Below, one piece after another: positions 57,987 through 64,000 of a stretch of 64,000 bases of DNA. A model generated the notes under the pieces. It did no database searches, was not told the DNA's origin, and saw only the letters and a program-made list of their open reading frames with translations. The stretch is from Eledone cirrhosa (lineage: Eukaryota). Numbering within the stretch: position 1 is the stretch's first letter; each line of letters opens with the position of its first letter. Both the position numbers and the translations under genes were made by a program. Location: contig OZ024764.1 of the NCBI GenBank assembly GCA_964016885.1, forward strand, positions 12,586,001 to 12,650,000. The letters are read 5' to 3'.

Positions 57987-58200
57987 GTCTCTCTGTCACA
58001 CAATATCAGCCGCACACACACACTCTCTCCCTCCCTCCATACACCCACTACTCCTCCTTCCTCTATCCAACAAACTCCCACCATCCCTCCCCCTCTCTCC
58101 CAGCCACCAATCAACCTTGGTTTTCTTTCTCCCCCAGAAAACAAATCTTGAAAGAAATTCATTTAATATTTATTACATGTCAACTTAGAGCTTGCACTGT

Positions 58201-58293
<93 letters not shown>

Positions 58294-58343
58294 AAATGTA
58301 TATATATATATATATATATATAGAACCTCACTTCCCTTTTCTA

Positions 58344-58380
<37 letters not shown>

Positions 58381-58430
58381 TACATATATATATCTATATA
58401 CATATATATATATATATATACATACATATT

Positions 58431-58504
<74 letters not shown>

Positions 58505-58676
58505 CATATATATATATATATATATACACACATACACACACACATATATATATGGATACATATATACATATATATAAGTATACATACATACAATATATAC
58601 ACATATATACACATATATGTATACACACAAACACACATATATATATATATATACACACATATATACACACACACCC

Positions 58677-58709
<33 letters not shown>

Positions 58710-59192
58710 TGTATACACACACACACACACACACACATGTATACACACACACACACATATATACACACACATATATATACACACACACACAAACATATAC
58801 ATATACACACAGACACACATATATACATACATATACACACACACACACACATATACACATACACACACACACACACATATACATACACACACACACACAT
58901 ATATACACACACATATATATATACACACACACATACACACACATATATATATATACACATATATACATACATATAATATATACATACTTTCTTTTGATAT
59001 GAAGTGAAGAAATTTAATATTCATGACATATTAATTGAATACAATATACATATTTATGACATTTTTACATACAATGATGGATATTGTGTGGAGGGAGGGA
59101 GGCAGGGGGGGAGGTCTTAGTTTTTATTATTTAAGACTTTCAGACAAGTTTACACACTCTGTGTCTTAAAGATTTCTTTAGTTTAGAGTGAG

Positions 59193-60165
59193 ATGGTGGT
59201 GGTGGTGGTGGTGGTGGTGGTGGTGGTGGTGGTGGTATGGTGGTGTGGTATGGCGGTGGTGTGGTGGTGGTGGTGTTGGTGGTGGTGGTGGTGGTGTGGT
59301 GGTGGTGGTGTGGTGGTGGTGTGGTGGTATGTTGGTGGTGGCGTGGTGGTGGTGGTATGGTGGTGGTGCTGTGGTGGTGGTGGTGTGGTGGTGGTGTGGT
59401 GGTGGTGTGGGTAGTGGTGTGGTGGTGGTTGTGGTGGTGGTGGTATGGTGGGGGGGGGGGGGGGGTATGGTGGTGGTGGTGGTATGGTGGTGGTGGTGTG
59501 GTAGTGGTTGTATGGTGGTGGTGTGGTGGTGTGGTGGTGGTGGTGGTAGTAGTGGTGGTAGTGGTGGTATGGTGGTGGTGGTGGTGTGCTGGTGGTGTGG
59601 TGGTGATGGTGGTGTGGTGGTGGTGGTGATGGTGGTGTGGTGGTGGTGGTGTGGTATGGTGATTGTGGTGATGGTGGTGGTGGTGTTAGTGGTGTGGTGA
59701 TGGTGATGGTGGTGGTGGTGTTAGTGGTGTGGTGATGGTGGTGGTGTTGGTGGTGGTGATGGTGGTGTGGTGGTGGTGATGTGGTGGTGGTGTGGTGGTG
59801 TGGTGGTGGTGGTGTGGTGGTGTTGGTGGTGTGGTTGTGGTGGTCTGGTATGGTGGTGGTGGTGGTAGTGGTGGTATGGCTGGTGGTGGTACGGTGGTGG
59901 TATGGCTGGTGGTGGTGGTGGTGGTGTGGTTTTGGTGGTGGTGTGTTGGTGCTGGTGGTAGTGTAGTTGTGAGATGGTGAGGTGGCGGTGGTGTTGGTGG
60001 TAATAGCGAGGGTGTGGTGGTGGTGTTGGTGTAGCTGGTGGTGTTAGTGGTGGCGTGGTGTGGTGTAGATGTGAGATAGTGGTGTGCTGTGGCAATGTTG
60101 GTGGTTGTGTTGGTTGTGGTGGTGGTGGTGGTAGTGTTCCTGTTGTTGGAGGTGATGGTGGTGAT
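59193..60165. repeat. (GGT)n-rich tract
   Basis: Direct reading. Confidence 0.9.
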
Positions 60166-60169
60166 CTGG

Positions 60170-60325
60170 GAGTTACGGCCCTTTACGTTCTCTGTCCAAA
60201 TCCCGCCGAGGTTAACCTTGCTTTCATCCTTACGGGGGTCGATAAAATAAAGTAGCAGTAATACACGGGGGTCGATAAAATAAAGTAGCAGTAATACACG
60301 GGGGTCGATTTAATTGACTTTCCTC
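60170..60325 (+). mobile_element. SINE family C fragment with an internal 33-bp duplication
   Basis: CAAATCCCGCCGAGGTTAACCTTGC; GGGGTCGATAAAATAAAGTAGCAGTAATACACG occurs twice. Confidence 0.75.
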
Positions 60326-60461
60326 TCACCCAAAGTTGTTTGCAAAAAACGTGTAAATATACACATAGGTATATATATATATTGATATACAAATAAACAT
60401 ACATATACACACATACAAACATGCATACATTCATACACATACGGATATTATACATGTTTCT

Positions 60462-60514
<53 letters not shown>

Positions 60515-60526
60515 TACAAAGTAAAA

Positions 60527-61354
60527 TACAAAGTAAAACCTACTACAGTCAGTAGGCATCTCTAACAAAACACACCCCCGTCCCACCACCCCCACCTCAT
60601 CCACACCGCCCTTTCAATGTGAAGTTATGTTGGTGCCACAACATCCAGGCCGAAACAAATGAGATTGTGTAGGTGTCACGACAAAAAAACACAGTCCACG
60701 CTGTAAATGTGGCCGTGTAGGCAACACGGTAAAAACCTCCCAGCCCCACACTGTAAATGTGGTTGGTGTTAGGAAGGGCATCCAGCTCTAGAAAACCCGC
60801 CAGACAGTCCACACTGTAATGTGGCCGTGTAGGCAACACGGTAAAAACCTCCCAGCCCCACACTGTAAATGTGGTTGGTGTTAGGAAGGGCATCCAGCTC
60901 TAGAAAACCCGCCAGACAGTCCACGCTGTAATGTGGCCGTGTAGGCAACACGGTAAAAACCTCCCAGCCCCACACTGTAAATGTGGTTGGTGTTAGGAAG
61001 GGCATCCAGCTGTAGAAAACCCGCCAGACAGTCCACGCTATAATGTGGCCGTGTAGGCAACACGGTAAAAACTTCCCAGCCCCACACTGTAAATGTGGTT
61101 GGTGTTAGGAAGGGCATCCAGCTGTAGAAAACCCGCCAGACAGTCCACGCTGTAATGTGGCCGTGTAGGCAACACGGTAAAAACCTCCCAGTCCACACTG
61201 TAAATGTGGTTGGTGTTAGGAAGGGCATCCAGCTGTAGAAAACCCGCCAGACAGTCCTATGCGAGCAAGACAACCACTCTTGCCTCAAGTGGGGAAACCC
61301 CCGTCCAAACCCATGCAAGCGTGGAACACGGACGCTAAACCTTGATGATGATGA
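60527..61354 (+). mobile_element. RTE 3' UTR fragment with a 112-bp module x5
   Basis: CAGTCCAC at 60692, 60805, 60917, 61029 and 61141; (GAT)n tail. Confidence 0.8.
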
Positions 61355-61358
61355 TATA

Positions 61359-61660
61359 TATATTAATAAAAGGAATTCCAACTTTGTCTGATTTACTCGT
61401 TTAATTTACAATTTATAATGGTATTATAATGAAATAGTATGATAGAATATTAAATGTTAAGTGTTAATTGAACAAATGCTTTCACAATCTTCAGGTTCTT
61501 AATGTGTGGTGACAGTCACGTTTGCAATGCAGACTTGACTGTCACCACTTAACATTTAATATTCTACCATACTATTTCATTCTAATACCATTATAAATTT
61601 GAAAGGATTGTAAATAAAACGAGTAAATCAGACAAAGTTGGAATTCCTCTTATTAATATA
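61359..61660. mobile_element. Long inverted-repeat element (arms of about 105 bp)
   Basis: 61359-61463 is the reverse complement of 61546-61660, apart from an indel of about 10 bp; internal hairpin GTGGTGACAGTCA/TGACTGTCACCAC. Confidence 0.7.
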
Positions 61661-61691
61661 ATCTTCTATACACAATCATACACACCCGTGT

Positions 61692-61789
<98 letters not shown>

Positions 61790-61808
61790 TAGCGAGAATT
61801 GCATTGGA

Positions 61809-61841
<33 letters not shown>

Positions 61842-61843
61842 AA

Positions 61844-61888
<45 letters not shown>

Positions 61889-61889
<1 letters not shown>

Positions 61890-62303
61890 GTCTGTGCTGC
61901 TGTAGGGGTCTGAGACTTGGACACTGACCAAGAAACTCACTCAGATGGTGGATGGGTGCTACACGAGAATGCTGAGGATGGCTCTGAACATTAATCAGTA
62001 TACACTGAGGATGAAGAACTGAGAGCTGTACGGGAGCCTCCCAAAAGCAGCTCAAAAGTGACACAGAGGAGACTGGGGTTAGCTGGACATGCTCACCGAC
62101 ATCCAGAGTTGACATTGCACTCAGTGCTCCTGTGGGAGCCCCTACATGGACACACTGGAAGAGGAAGACCGAGGTTAACGTATGTTCATGCCCTAAGGAC
62201 AGACACTGGTCTGTTGGAGACACAGGACATGGGAGCGATAATGAGGGACAGAGACCGCTGGTGAGAACTCGTCCATGGATCTCGGGAATTTTACCCGTCC
62301 AAG
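61889..62303 (+). pseudogene. RTE-clade LINE ORF C-terminal fragment (post-RT region), disrupted
   Basis: [14 protein letters not shown]...MLRMALNI...RRLGLAGH...GRGRPRLTY...RDRDRW; contains stops and a frameshift. Confidence 0.85.
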
Positions 62304-62841
62304 ATATATATTTGTATGCATGCCACACATTTATATACACACACATGTATATACAAATACACACACATATATATATATATACACACACATTATATAAACA
62401 CATCTATATACAAACTCATACGCAAAAAAAAAAATATATATATGTATATACACATATATATACCCAAACGTTATATAAACACACGTATATACAAACACAC
62501 ACACACATATATATATTTATATACATACACACATACATATAGCCACACATTATATAAACACATGTATATAAAAACACATACACACACATATATATATACA
62601 CGCACACATATATAGCCATATATATAGCTACACATTATATAAACACATGTATACATAAACACATACATACATGCATATATATATATATACACATATATGT
62701 ATACCCGCACTTTATATAAACACATGTATATAGAAACACACGCACACACACATATATAATCACACACACATACATATACACACACACCTATATATATAGC
62801 CACCATATATAAACACATATATATATATATACACACACAGA

Positions 62842-62879
<38 letters not shown>

Positions 62880-63128
62880 CACATATATATACAGATATAT
62901 ATATAGCCACACCTTATATAAACACACGTATATACACCACACACACATATATATATATATATATAGCCACACCTTATATAAACACACATATATATATATA
63001 TACACACACATACACATATATATATATATATATAGCCACAACTTATATAAACACACATATATATATATACACACATATATATATACACACATACATATAT
63101 ATAAACACACATACATATATATAAACAC

Positions 63129-63161
<33 letters not shown>

Positions 63162-63403
63162 CAAAAATGTAGATAAACATACATACCATCCCTTGTTTAT
63201 AGAAAGAAAGTGACAAGGGGTTTGATGGTGGCAAGACCCCTAAAAGCCTATTCTGACCTCTGACCTTTGACCTCTATATCAGCATGTGACCCCCACCTCT
63301 TATATGTAGCCTCTCCTGACATGACCACCACTACCTTCCTACATTCCCTGATATGCCACACAATGTGATGTGAGCCACATGTATGGCTTTTGTCATCTCT
63401 GCA

Positions 63404-63436
<33 letters not shown>

Positions 63437-63661
63437 TTGTGTGTATGTATGTGAATGTGTGTGTATATATATATATGTATATGTGTGTGTGTGTGTGTGT
63501 GTGTATGTGTGTAAATATATATATGTGTGTGTGTATGTGAATGTGTGTGTATATATATATATATGTATATGTGTGTGTGTGTGTGTGTGTATGTGTGTGT
63601 GTATATATATATATATATATTTGTGTGTATGTATGTGTATGTGTGTAAATATATATATATA

Positions 63662-63710
<49 letters not shown>

Positions 63711-63773
63711 TTGTGTGTATGTATGTGTATGTGTGTAAATATATATATATATATATATGTGTGTGTGTATGTA

Positions 63774-63806
<33 letters not shown>

Positions 63807-63869
63807 TTGTGTGTATGTATGTGTATGTGTGTAAATATATATATATATATATATATGTGTGTGTATGTA

Positions 63870-63900
<31 letters not shown>

Positions 63901-63921
63901 GTGTGTGTGTATGTATGTGTA

Positions 63922-63952
<31 letters not shown>

Positions 63953-64000
63953 TTGTGTATGTGTATGTGTGTAAATATATATATATATATGTGTGTGTGG

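Overview
Eukaryotic, extremely repeat-rich DNA with no prokaryotic genes. The microsatellite load and SINE types suggest a cephalopod such as octopus, but that is inference. Nearly all long ORFs in the track are artefacts of (TA)n, (CA)n, (CAC)n and (CAT)n tracts. One credible coding exon lies on the minus strand at 54654-54822 (PGP-repeat, STPG2-like), so much of the window is probably intron. The rest comprises two tRNA-headed SINE families, many RTE-clade LINE 3' fragments sharing a tail with one SINE family, a small Helitron, a piggyBac-like MITE remnant, and tandem arrays, three of which have higher-order structure. The most notable hidden signal is a set of hammerhead-ribozyme (CUGANGA...GAAA...UH) motifs in short Penelope-like pLTR elements beside (TA)n tracts. 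These include a 168-bp trimeric array and several fold-back insertions whose inversion axis sits in or next to the ribozyme. All calls were made by eye; no searches were run.
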